DNA of 64,000 nucleotides from Phyllobates terribilis (taxonomy: Eukaryota): the NCBI RefSeq assembly GCF_046119375.1, contig NW_027362770.1, positions 180,730,001-180,794,000 on the forward strand, written 5' to 3'. Positions 11,901 through 24,027 of this stretch are shown here, piece after piece (positions within the stretch are counted from its first letter, which is position 1; every line of letters begins with the position of its first letter). The position numbers and the translations under genes were made by a program. The notes under the pieces were generated by a model that ran no database searches, was not told the DNA's origin, and was given only the letters and a program-made list of their open reading frames with translations.

Positions 11901-13408
11901 CTATTGCCATTGCATCTTGATAATGCTGTTGCACGTTGCGGGGGGCTACCTTCAAAGGACGACGGGAGAATTACTGTTTTTCCAATTGGAATTCTTTTTT
12001 GAATGGATTGTTTTTGCAAATGTTCTTGAAAAAAGCAGTAGTCTTCAACTTTAAGTTGTTTTTGGTTCATTCGTATGAAATTGAGCCGATTAGCTTCAAT
12101 TTTAACGTATGCGTCGACTAAGTACTGTTGTGTCAGTTTCCCACCGTTTAAAATAGGATTGAAGTAATTTCGGACAGACAGAAGAAAACTGTAGTACTGT
12201 AGTTGTGTAATTCTTCTTGAAGTTCCTTGCTGGTGTAGGTTTTCATGCCACCCTTGATCACCGCTTGGAAAGAGTAGCGGATACAGAAGAGCATCAAGGT
12301 TGCTGTGCAAAATGCTAATACGTTGTGTTTTAGGAACGAAAGGGTTGTTTTTGTCTGGCTTAAGATGGACTAATATATTTCTTTGAAAAGGAGGCTCTCC
12401 ATCATTGTTTTGAAAAACAACTGCGACCTCACTTACACGTGGTTTGTTGTAACATCGGTGATCTGGTTGACGTTCTTGTTTAATGGCCATGATAATAGAA
12501 GGCATTTCCGTCCCATTTTGTATAGCTCTCTGTTCCTCCTCAGCTTCAACGTCTTTTAGCATGCGATATGCGGCAGCAAGTGGGCTGATTGTTTGTAAAT
12601 GTACGGCAATTAGGTTCATCAGTTCTGCATTACACTTTTCATTTTCTTTTCGGTTCATCCTTTGTTCTGTAGCCTCATTTGGATCAAAGATGTATAATTG
12701 TGCAAATGTTGGTGGTTGTCCTAGTTCTGGGTGAAGTGTTCCAGTGCGGTGATAGATCTGGCCATGAATTTTAAAACAATACGGTCCGAATCCAGGGGGC
12801 GGTGCAATGTTGGCACCAAATGAAGCAAACGCATGAGAACTGTTGATACTTCTGATATTTTCCATAAAATTTCTACTGTGTTCATGCGTTCCTTTCATCA
12901 ACTGCTCAAACAGATCTGAGTAGTGACATCTTGGTAGCATCACTTTTCCTTTTGGGCAGCATTGAGTAAACTGATTGTCAGATGGTTTTTCCTCGATAAA
13001 ATTCAGATTCGCATTTTGAACAAACTACATTCATCTTCCCACAGTGGTGTTGAATAATTATAGTTTCATTGTCTGTTACGTAACGTGCAAGTTGTTGAAT
13101 GTTCTGCTGGGTTTGCCTTAGTTGGTAGAGCATTCGTTTTTGAAAAATTTGTCGATCGTGTTGTTCTCGGTTTGTCTTGGATCCTGGAGATTCATTCAGC
13201 CGACATTGTCTATGGGATTCCGCATCGTGTTCCTGTCTAGCCACAGTGTGTTGCTGTGTTTCCCGTTCCCGACGCTGTCTGTGAGATTCCGCATCCTGGG
13301 CTTGTCTGGCGGCAGTATGTTGTGGTGTCTGTTGCTCTCGACGTTGTCGTTTTCTTGCTGCTTCTGCTGCTTTTCTGTCTTCCTCCGTTCGCGTATTTTA
13401 CGACCCAT
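8924..13408 (-). pseudogene. Helitron RepHel (HUH/Y2 endonuclease plus PIF1-family helicase), several frameshifts
   Basis: ORF pieces contain FLTMTCNPKW, EFQKRGLPHAH (HUH), YLFKYIYKG (two-Tyr motif), DGPGGSGKT (Walker A), LILDEC (Walker B), GGDFRQ and FAMT.NKSQGQT. Confidence 0.93.
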
Positions 13409-13778
13409 TATAAAACAGGAAGCGTAAAGAAGTATCTCTTCAGTGCGCTGTCACTGGCAGAACGTGTTCAGTAAACCTGACTGAAGTCCCTGGCACAGTC
13501 TGACTGAAGTCCCTGGCACAGTCTGACTGAAGTCCCTCGCACAGTTTGACTGAGAAAACCTGCTCAGTACGTTATGAGCAGCTTGTGAGTCACATGAGCA
13601 CATGGGCGGAGTTAGCCCTGCTATCTCCCGAAGGTGGCGTAGCTATTAGAAAAGTTGCGCTACTTGGCCGGAGAGCGTGTTTAAATTTGGCGCGAAAATC
13701 TGTGGTGATTGGTCGCGGGTGGCGTCCACGACCAATCATAGAAGCGGGTTTTAAATCTTGCGCGCCGTGTTACTAAGC

Positions 13779-14968
13779 AGTGGCTCCGGACACTTCTGCT
13801 GCGAGCAGTCGCTCATTTCCCGGCTTCTCGCACCGGAAGTAGCCGCACAGGCAGCCGCTCCCCGGTCCTCACCAATACGATTCGCTGATTGGTCGCGGCA
13901 GGAGTGCGCGACCAATCAGAGATTTTTATGCTAAATTCAAACACACTGTCCGCTGCTGCGGTGTTTGAATTTGGCGCCAAGATCAGTGATTGGTCGCGGC
14001 CGATATTTAAATGTGGCGCCAGCGACCAATCAGCGATTTTGAACAAAAATGTCAGGACCTTTGTAACACCATGCAGATACCGTGGGGACATCAGCGGCTA
14101 GCGTGTGAAGGGAGGACCGGGGAGCGGCGCTGCGGGTCGGGATACTTCTGCTGCGAGCGCCCGCTCATGTCCCGGCTTCTCGGAGCAGAAGTATCCGCAC
14201 AGGCAGCGGCGCTCCCCGGTCCTCACTAATATGATTCCGCTCCCCGTTCCTCACCAATATGATTCGCTGATTGGTTGCGCTCTCCGCACGCGACCAATCA
14301 GTGATCTTGGCGCTTAAGTTAAACACCGCTCTGCCGCGACCAATCACCGATTTGGGCGCCACATTTAAAAAGCGGCCGTGACCAATCACCAATTTTGACG
14401 CCACATTTAAACACTGCTGCGCTAATTGGTCGCGGACGCCAGCCGCGACCAATCAGCGAGCTTGGTGCCAAATTTAAACAATGCTCTGCTGATTGGTCGC
14501 GGTGGCCGGCTGCGACCAATGAGCGAGATGGGCGGCAAATTTAAACGCCGCTCTGCTGATTAATCGCGGCCGGCCACCGCGACCAATCAGCGAAATGGGC
14601 GGCAAGTTTAAACGACGCTTTGCTCATTGGTCACGGTGGCCGGCCGCGACCAATCAGCGAGATGGGCGGCACATTTAAACGCAGCTCTGCTGATTGGTCG
14701 CGGTGGCCGGCCGTGACCAATCAGCGATATAGGCTGCAAATTTAAACGCCGCTCTGCTGATTGGTCGCGGCTGCCGGCCAACCGCGACCAATCAGCGAGA
14801 TTGGCGCCAAATTTAAACACCGCTCTGCTCATTGGTCCCGGCCGCCGGCCGGCCGAGACCAATCACCGATATTGCCGCCAAATTTAAACACCGTTTTGCT
14901 GATTGCGCCCGGTCGGCCGCATACCTATTCTAGAATACCCGATGCATTAGAATCGGGCCACCATCTAG
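13779..14968 (+). mobile_element. Plus-strand Helitron fragment (palindromic array plus intact 3' terminus) fused to the promoter of copy 1
   Basis: 13779-13950 matches 50868-51033 in the same (+) orientation. It ends in CCCGAT-GCATTAGA-ATCGGG-CCACCATCTAG at 14968. Confidence 0.8.
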
Positions 14969-15925
14969 TATAGATATAATTGTCTTATCCCGTCTGTCTG
15001 TCTGTCCAGGAAATCCCGCGTCGCTGATTGGTCCTGCCGCGGCCAATCAGCGACGTGGCATTTCACAAAAAGATGGCGGCCTTTAGCGGCTGATCTGCCG
15101 CACGGAGGTGATGCAGCCGGGAGATGAAGCCGGCTGCTCGCTGCATACGTCCCCCGACCGGAGGCGTCGCTGACCCTTATGCGGCTACTGTCGGGAGATC
15201 AGCGGCTACGGTCGCTTATCTCCGGACGGTAAAAGTGACCCCCCTCCCCTCTCTCCTCCCCTGTCCCTCCCCCCACTCGCTCAGGACCCCGGCACCATAC
15301 TTACCCCTCCCCTCTCCACCCCCCCCCCCGCTCGCCCAGGACCCCGGCACCCGGCGCCATACTTACCCCTCCCCGTGGCTGCGCAGCAGCTCCAGTGTCT
15401 TCCACTGCTGCTGTGTGACGTGTCAGGTCAGAGGGCGCGGTGACGTCTTTACACCGCGCTCTCTCCTGACCGATCACAGCGCACAGTGGGAACATGCTGG
15501 CTACGCTGGAGTCCAGAGGAGCAGCTGACAAGTGAGGTGAGTATTGGATTTTTTTTTCTTTATTGTATGGGGCCATAGGGCATTAAATGGTGGGGTGGGG
15601 AAGTGTGACATCGTGGAGGGGCCATTATAAGGGAAGGGTGATGTGACATCCTCCATGGGGCACTATGGGGGGGGATGTGACATCCTGCATGGGGCATTAT
15701 AAGGGAGGGGGGGATGTCACATCCTGCATGGGGCACTATGGGGGGGATGTGACATCCTGCATGGGGCATTATAAGGGAGGGGGGGGATGTCACATCCAGC
15801 ATGGTGCAATATAACGGACGGGGGATGTGACATCCTGCATGGCGCATTATATGGGGGGGGGGGTCAAATCCTGCATGGGGCATATTTTAGAATACCCGAT
15901 GCGTTAGAATCGGGCAACCATCTAG
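14969..15925 (+). mobile_element. Non-autonomous Helitron with a different (captured) interior and a GGGGATGTGACATCCTGCAT minisatellite
   Basis: The 5' region is homologous to 911-1060 (degenerate TC end). The 3' hairpin plus CTAG is at 15922-15925. Confidence 0.75.
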
Positions 15926-15969
15926 TGTGTATATATGTATGTGTATATATATATATATATATATATAGA

Positions 15970-16235
15970 CTAGATGGTGGCCCGATTCTAACGCATCGGG
16001 TATTCTAGAATAGATATGCGGCCGACCGGGCGCAATCAGCAGAGCGGCGTTTAAATTTGCCGCTCTTCTCGCTGATTGGTCACGGCCGGCCACCGCGACC
16101 AATCTGCGATATAGGTGCCAAATTTTTTATACATCGCTTTGCTAATTGGCCTCGGTGGCCTCGCTGCCGGACCAATGAGCGACGCGGGATTTCCAGGACA
16201 GACAGACAGAAGGGATAAGACGATTATATAGTAGA
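15970..16235 (-). mobile_element. Minimal 266-bp non-autonomous Helitron
   Basis: Minus strand reads A|TCTACTATATAATCGTCTTATCCC...hairpin...CCACCATCTAG|T. Confidence 0.85.
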
Positions 16236-16405
16236 TATGTCCTGTACCACCTATAGTGTTTTATCACTCAATATAGTGTGGTATACCCCCGTATTGTGCT
16301 ATATATCCTCTGTATACATCCATATAGTGCTGAAATCCCTCCATATAGTGCTATATATTGATGTGCATAACCAAAATAGTGCTGTACTATCCACATATAG
16401 TGCTA

Positions 16406-17021
16406 CTAGCTATTGAACCTGTTCATCGCACGGGTGGCGAGCAATTTTATTGGTATAGGCTCCACAATCCTGGTCCCCCATCCTGGTATATGCTTCCTAT
16501 ATTCTGGTCCCCCATGCTGTTAAATGCTCCCACCATCCATCCATCCATCAATAAAAAAAAAAACTCCTCACCTTTCCACCGCTCCCCTGCAGCGCGTCAC
16601 TTGCGTTATTTTACTAAACTGGCGCCGGAATCAGCCCCTGCGCATAGCACGATATCCGGTGCCATTTTATTGGAGAGAAATGTGCAGAGTATCTTCAACA
16701 AAATGGCGCTGGAGTAAGCACATGCGCATACCGCGCTGGCCGGCGCCATTTTTGTTGAACACACTGTGCAAATTTGACTTCACTAAAATGGCGCTGGAGC
16801 CAATTCTGGCTCCACACTCCTCCCCCGGCCTCTCCAGAGATGACAGGCCTGGACAGGACGGTATGTGTTTATGGCGCAGGACACCGTGATATACGCTCAG
16901 AGCCCACCACGATATCCGGTGCCACTCTTCACCCGTCTGGGATGTGGATTTCTGTCTGCGGCCGACTGTGCAGTCTATAGAGGCTCCGGACAGGAGGACA
17001 CGTCCCTGGTTATATTATAGA
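16406..17021 (-). mobile_element. Non-autonomous Helitron of a second family
   Basis: Minus strand reads A|TCTATAATATAACCAGGG...ACCCGTGCGATGAACAGGT (imperfect hairpin) TCAATAGCTAG|T. It is inserted at AT with no TSD. Confidence 0.65.
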
Positions 17022-17475
17022 TATACCCTTGAAAGTGCTGTATACCGTTATGTATACCGTGCTGAATATGTCCTCAGAATTAAGTGTATTGTGCTATAGA
17101 GTGTCAGACTGGGCTACCAAGAGCCCCCAGTAACCAACTCCAGGACCCCACTATTCAGCTACATGTAAAGAGGACATTATCCTCAATCACAAATGTATAT
17201 AACAATGAACGGGGCAGATTGTTACATGAATAAGATGCCGCCTCTCCCTGTACAAAGAGATTCCAGTATATTGTGCCAAGTGCTGCTCATATAAGAGGGT
17301 GGTGGCCCACCCCGGTGCTACATACCCCTCTATAGTGCTAAATACCCTATAGTGCTATATATCACCATAGCGCTGTACATACTGTTAATATAGTGCAATA
17401 TTCCTCTATATAGTGTAATACCTCCATATAGTGCTGTATACCCTCTATCCATACTGCTATAAACCATATATAATA

Positions 17476-19287
17476 CCTCCATATAGCGCTGTATACGGCC
17501 ACACGATGTTATTACCCTCCATATAGCGCTGTATACGGCGACACGATGTTATTACCCTCCATATAGCGCTGTATACGGCCACACGATGCTATTACCCTCC
17601 ATATAACGCTGTATACGACCACACAATGTTATCACCCTCCATATAGCGCTGCATACGGCCACACGATGTTATCACCCTCCATATAGCGCTGCATACGGCC
17701 ACACGATGTTATCACCCTCCATATAGCGCTGCATACGGCCACACGATGTTATCACCCTCCATATAGCGCTGCATACGGCCACACGATGTTATCACCCTCC
17801 ATATAGCGCTGTATACGGCCACACGATGTTATCACCCTCCATATAGCGCTGTATACGGCCACACGATGTTATCACCCTCCATATAGCGCTGTATACGGCC
17901 ACACGATGTTATCACCCTCCATATAGCGCTGTATACGGCCACACGATGTTATCACCCTCCATATAGCGCTGTATACGGCCACACGATGCTATCACCCTCC
18001 ATATAGCGCTGTATACGGCCACACGATGCTATCACCCTCCATATAGCGCTGTATACGGCCACACGATGCTATCACCCTCCATATAGCGCTGTATACGGCC
18101 ACACGATGCTATCACCCTCCATATAGCGCTGTATACGGCCACACGATGCTATGACCCTCCATATAGCGCTGTATACGGCCACACGATGCTATCACCCTCC
18201 ATATAGCGCTGTATACGGCCACACGATGCTATCACCCTCCATATAGCGCTGTATACGGCCACACGATGCTATCACCCTCCATATAGCGCTGTATACGGCC
18301 ACACGATGCTATTACCCTCCATATAGCGCTGTATACGGCCACACGATGCTATTACCCTCCATATAGCGCTGTATACGGCCACACGATGCTATTACCCTCC
18401 ATATAGCGCTGTATACGGCCACACGATGTTATTACCCTCCATATAGCGCTGTATACGGCCACACGATGTTATTACCCTCCATATAGCGCTGTATACGGCC
18501 ACACGATGTTATTACCCTCCATATAGCGCTGTATACGGCCACACGATGTTATTACCCTCCATATAGCGCTGTATACGGCCACACGATGTTATTACCCTCC
18601 ATATAGCGCTGTATACGGCCACACGATGTTATTACCCTCCATATAGCGCTGTATACGGCCACATGTTATTACCCTCCATATAGCGCTGTATACGGCCACA
18701 CGCTGTTATTACCCTCCATATAGCGCTGTATACGGCCACACGATGTTATTACCCTCCATATAGCGCTGTATACGGCCACACGATGTTATTACCCTCCATA
18801 TAGCGCTGTATACGGCCACACGATGTTATTACCCTCCATATAGCGCTGTATACGGCCACACGATGTTATCACCCTCCATATAGCGCTGTATACGGCCACA
18901 CGATGTTATCACCCTCCATATAGCGCTGTATACGGCCACACGATGTTATCACCCTCCATATAGCGCTGTATACGGCCACACGATGTTATCACCCTCCATA
19001 TAGCGCTGTATACGGCCACACGATGTTATCACCCTCCATATAGCGCTGTATACGGCCACACGATGTTATTACCCTCCATATAGCGCTGTATACGGCCACA
19101 CGATGTTATCACCCTCCATATAGCGCTGTATACGGCCACATGATGTTATCACCCTCCATATAGCGCTGTATACGGCCACATGATGTTATTACCCTCCATA
19201 TAGCGCTGTATACGGCCACATGATGTTATTACCCTCCATATAGCGCTGTATACGGCCACATGATGTTATTACCCTCCATATAGCGCT
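17476..19287 (+). repeat. 40-bp satellite array 1 (CCCTCCATATAGCGCTGTATACGGCCACACGATGTTATTA), about 45 copies
   Basis: Direct tandem repeats. Confidence 0.97.
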
Positions 19288-19690
19288 CTGCACCACGTGT
19301 TACACTGAGGAGAACAAAGAGCGGGAGGAACTATCAGCCGTTGTGCGGGGATTTCATATTCAGCGCTCAGCCAATCAGCGCTCAGTAGGGCTATGGCTCC
19401 GCCCACAGGCAGCACAGGATCAGCTCCTCCCCGCAGACACTGGGTGTTAACCCTTTAGTGGCCGATGTTCCCAGTCCCCGCAGAGCAGACTGCAGCCATC
19501 CGGGCACAGGGCGGTCAGCAGCCCCTCCCCCAGCAGCAGGAGCTGCGGCTTCTCCTCAGATGTGGGCGGAGCACAGAACTGTTGGGGAGGTTGAATTTCC
19601 CGCCCTTTTTCCTGTCATTTTCCCGCTTTTATCGCGGATGTTACATCCGGTCACAGAGCTGACTCCTCCCCGGTGACTGCTGCTCGGGTC
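19288..19690. promoter_or_regulatory. Promoter-like cassette, copy 1 (E-box, CCAAT, GC boxes, two E2F-type TTTCCCGC)
   Basis: CACGTG about 19294, AGCCAATCAGC about 19369-79, CTCCGCCC about 19397, TTGAATTTCCCGCC 19591-19604, TTTCCCGC 19618-25. Near-identical copies at 25224 and 32940. No downstream CDS was recognised. Confidence 0.5.
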
Positions 19691-20179
19691 ACTGACAGGT
19701 GTATAGTGCTGTATACCTCCATATACAGCTGAATACTCCCATATACTGCTGCTCGGGTCACTGACAGGTCTATAGTGCTATATACCCTCCATATACTGCT
19801 GTATACCCTCTATATAGTGCTGTATGCCCCTATATAGTGCTATATACCTAAATACACTGTTGTATACCACTATATAGTGCTAGATACGTCCATATGCTCA
19901 TATACACCCCTAGAGTGCTGTATACCCCCATATAGTGCGATATACCTCCGTATACCAGCAATATCCTGCTGTAAACCCTCATATAGCGATATATACGCTC
20001 CATATCCTGCTGTATACCCCTGTATACTCCTGCGTTCCTCCATGTAGTGCCATACACCCCCATATAGTGCTCCTCTCTGCCTATTACCAGCAGAGCACTG
20101 GAGGCAGAGGGCACTAGGACCCAGCGCTCTGGGAGAGAATGGGATTGTGAGTGACAGGCGGCTGAGCACCAGGCCTCCA

Positions 20180-20690
20180 TCAGATGGTAAGAATCCAGTT
20201 GTCGCCTTTAATGTCGCAAACTGGATCCCATATTCTAGATGTTGCCCTCTATGAATAACTGGACATAATATAGTGGGAATATGGGATTTTACCTCTTTAT
20301 ACAACCTAAAATAAGGTTTGTGTTCACACCTGCTGCCTGACTATGAGCACTGCTGTACAGATTACTTGGGACTACAGGAACAGAAGGATTTGGGTGTTCT
20401 GGATACGAGTATACTCCCATTTCATGTATATGCAGTAATGGGATTACTCCGTCCTCGGTGCATTACTCTACATTTATCTACATTAAACCTTATCTGCCAA
20501 GTGTTTGCCCATTCAGACGTCTTATCCAGACGGTTCTGGAATATTGTGCTGTCCAGGTCAGGTTTTATTATCCCACATACTTGTGTCAGCAAAGACTGAT
20601 ACTTTACTCTCCCCCATCCACAAGGTCATTAATAGAGATTAAAAAGAATTGGTCCTAACAGTTCCTTGTAGCCCCACTGCCCCAGCACAG
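20180..20690 (-). mobile_element. CR1-type LINE ORF2 fragment
   Basis: The minus strand gives degenerate QG..LGPILFNL.INDLVDG.ESKVSVFAD and HLEYGIQF motifs. Confidence 0.7.
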
Positions 20691-20724
20691 ATCCTTATAT
20701 TTGGGTTTCTTCAGATACTTTGTT

Positions 20725-20775
20725 ATACCATGCCTGATGAAGAGACCCAAGTAGTCTTGAGAGCTTGCTTTGTAA
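20725..20775 (+). ncRNA. Decayed type I hammerhead ribozyme (Penelope-associated type), histone unit A
   Basis: CTGATGA(20734-40)-A-GAGAC-ccaagta-GTCTT-GAGAG-CT. The core GAAA is mutated to GAGA. Stem III is the palindrome AGCT. Confidence 0.6.
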
Positions 20776-20884
20776 CATTTTATTTTTGTTAATCATTAAA
20801 AAGATATAACTATGTGATTATTTTGTATTTCCAACTGAGAGCAATATCCGTTCTGTAATACTGTAACATCTAGCTCAGGTATAT

Positions 20885-21960
20885 AGTTAGAACTATTCTC
20901 TGGAACAGAATGGAACTTTACTCTCAATTGTATCCACAAGGTTATTAAGATGCTCCCAGTACAGATCCTTGGGGTCCCCCCACTGCTCCCAGTACAGATC
21001 CTTGCGGTCCCCACTGCTCCCAGTACAGATCCTTGGGGTCCCCCCACTGCTCCCAGTACAGATCCTTGGGGTCCCCACTGCTCCCAGTACAGATCCTTGG
21101 GGTCCCCCCACTGCTCCCAGTACAGATCCTTGGGGTCCCCCCACTGCTCCCAGTACAGATCCTTGGCGTCCCCCCACTGCTCCCAGTACAGATCCTTGGG
21201 GTCCCCCCACTGCTCCCAGTACAGATCCTTGGGGTTCCCACTGCTCCCAGTACAGATCCTTGGCGTCCCCCCACTGCTCCCAGTACAGATCCTTGGCGTC
21301 CCCCCACTGCTCCCAGTACAGATCCTTGGCGTCCCCCCACTGCTCCCAGTACAGATCCTTGGCGTCCCCCCACTGCTCCCAGTACAGATCCTTGGGGTCC
21401 CCCCACTGCTCCCAGTACAGATCCTTGGGGTCCCCCCACTGCTCCCAGTACAGATCCTTGGGGTCCCCCCACTGCTCCCAGTACAGATCCTTGGGGTCCC
21501 CCCACTGCTCCCAGTACAGATCCTTGGGGTCCCCCCACTGCTCCCAGTACAGATCCTTGGGGTCCCCCCACTGCTCCCAGTACAGATCCTTGGGGTCCCC
21601 CCACTGCTCCCAGTACAGATCCTTGGGGTCCCCCCACTGCTCCCAGTACAGATCCTTGGGGTCCCCCCACTGCTCCCAGTACAGATCCTTGGGGTCCCCA
21701 ATCTTGACAATATTTCATTTAGAGAATGTACCATTTACAACACCTGTTTCATGTCTTTTAACCAGTTCTTTACCCATCTGCATAGTTCTCCTAGTCCCAG
21801 CTTCTGGAGCGTCCCTACAAGGATGCTGTGTGGTTCAGTAAAATCAGTGCAGATATCACAACCAACACCCAGATTTGCACTTAACGTCTTATAGAAACCC
21901 AACATCTGGGTTAGGCACCACTTCCCTTTCATTAATCCATGCTGAGGATTAAACTATTTT
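20885..21960 (-). mobile_element. CR1-type LINE RT fragment containing a 33-bp tandem expansion
   Basis: ORF 21735-21932 (MKGKWCLTQMLGFY...LCRWVKNWLKD) precedes the array and NNLVDTIESKV follows it. Both are colinear with CR1 RT around the PQGSVLG motif. Confidence 0.75.
20951..21698 (-). repeat. 33-bp minisatellite (GCAGTGGGGGGACCCCAAGGATCTGTACTGGGA), about 22 copies
   Basis: Direct tandem repeats. One frame encodes (AVGGPQGSVLG)n. Confidence 0.97.
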
Positions 21961-22043
21961 CTGCAGTTAATTTTTGTAGGTCATCCCTTATATAAGTGCA
22001 GCAGGACATAAGCAGCCACAGCTCTGATGTAGACGGGGTGGGT

Positions 22044-22059
22044 GGCTCTTAGAAGAGCC
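22044..22059 (-). other. Histone 3' stem-loop (H2B, unit A), followed by HDE ACATCAGAGCTG
   Basis: GGCTCT-TCTA-AGAGCC on the minus strand, preceded by CCCAAA and followed by ACCCA. Confidence 0.95.
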
Positions 22060-22090
22060 TTTGGGTTGGTGGAGCAGAGCTTGGAGCAGA

Positions 22091-23206
<1,116 letters not shown>

Positions 23207-23241
23207 GCACCGCTGATCCTGTATCATCCACACAACCCAAA

Positions 23242-23257
23242 GGCTCTTCTAAGAGCC
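23242..23257 (+). other. Histone 3' stem-loop (H2A), followed by HDE CACAAGAGCTG
   Basis: GGCTCT-TCTA-AGAGCC. Confidence 0.95.
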
Positions 23258-23784
23258 ACCCACACCGTCACCACAAGAGCTGGCGCCGCTGATCTCGGGG
23301 GTGATGTTCTGTATGTACAGATCTGTGTACCATCGGAGCATACGGGGGATATAGCTGCACCAGGCAGTGGGTATAATCCTGACACTACTGGGTTGGCACA
23401 GTGGCACTAATGGTCTATCACCGGGCACTGACTGCTCCGATATCGGCTCCATCCTCAGCCGCCATGTCTTGTAGTGTGAGGTGCTGAGTAATAAAGCCGC
23501 TGTCTGGTCCATGATCTGTGACTGGCACCGTGCACTAGAGGAGATGGCGTGTAATGTGGGCAGATGCCCTCCTGATGGCAGCACTGAGCTCTGCAGTGTG
23601 ACCCTGTTACTGCACAGTCCTCCCTTCTCATGTGGCTGCACACTGTGGTGTATATGGGGGTGAGATATCCATATATATACACCCCATATTGTGCTGTACT
23701 CCACCATGTGCTATGTACCTCTATATAGTGCTGTATAGGAGCCTTATACCTCCATACAGGGCTGTATTCCTGCACAGGATGCGG

Positions 23785-23882
23785 TCAAGACACTGATAGG
23801 GAATTCAGATTGTGAGCTCCAATGAGGACAGCGATGAAGATGTATGGAAAGCGCTGCGGAATGTTGGCGCTATATAAAAAGA
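23785..23882 (+). mobile_element. L2-type LINE/SINE 3' tail fragment
   Basis: AGATTGTGAGCTCC...AAAGCGCTGCGGAAT.TTGGCGCTATATAAA resembles the vertebrate L2-related 3' end. Confidence 0.55.
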
Positions 23883-24027
23883 TTATCCTCTCCGTGCAGC
23901 ACAGTATTCCTCCATATAGTGTAATACCTCCTTATAGTGCTGTATACCATGATATAATGCCTCATACACTCAGTATAGTGCTGTATTCCTCCTTGTGATG
24001 CTGTCTATGCCTAAATAGCACCACATA

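Larger units (their letters stand above)
6700..13778 (-). mobile_element. RepHel-encoding Helitron, copy 1 (decayed, 5' end rearranged)
   Basis: Minus-strand 3' terminus (hairpin plus CTAG at 6700-6703) and a RepHel pseudogene at 8924-13408. Subterminal and promoter regions are homologous to 61535-62485 and 51034-51605. Confidence 0.92.

Noticed and set aside
17476-19287. CRISPR-like appearance of the 40-bp arrays
   Set aside because: The units are contiguous with no unique spacers, there are no cas genes, and the context is eukaryotic.
19288-19330. Possible U7 or other snRNA gene near the histone genes (GTGTTACA start)
   Set aside because: The similarity is limited to about 8 nt. There is no U7 Sm site (AATTTGTCTAG), no 3' hairpin and no clear PSE.
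20796-21894. Long 200-318 aa ORFs in all frames over the 33-bp arrays (also 26908-27864)
   Set aside because: They are artefacts of a stop-free 33-bp unit. They have no promoter or start context, and the frames shift at repeat interruptions.
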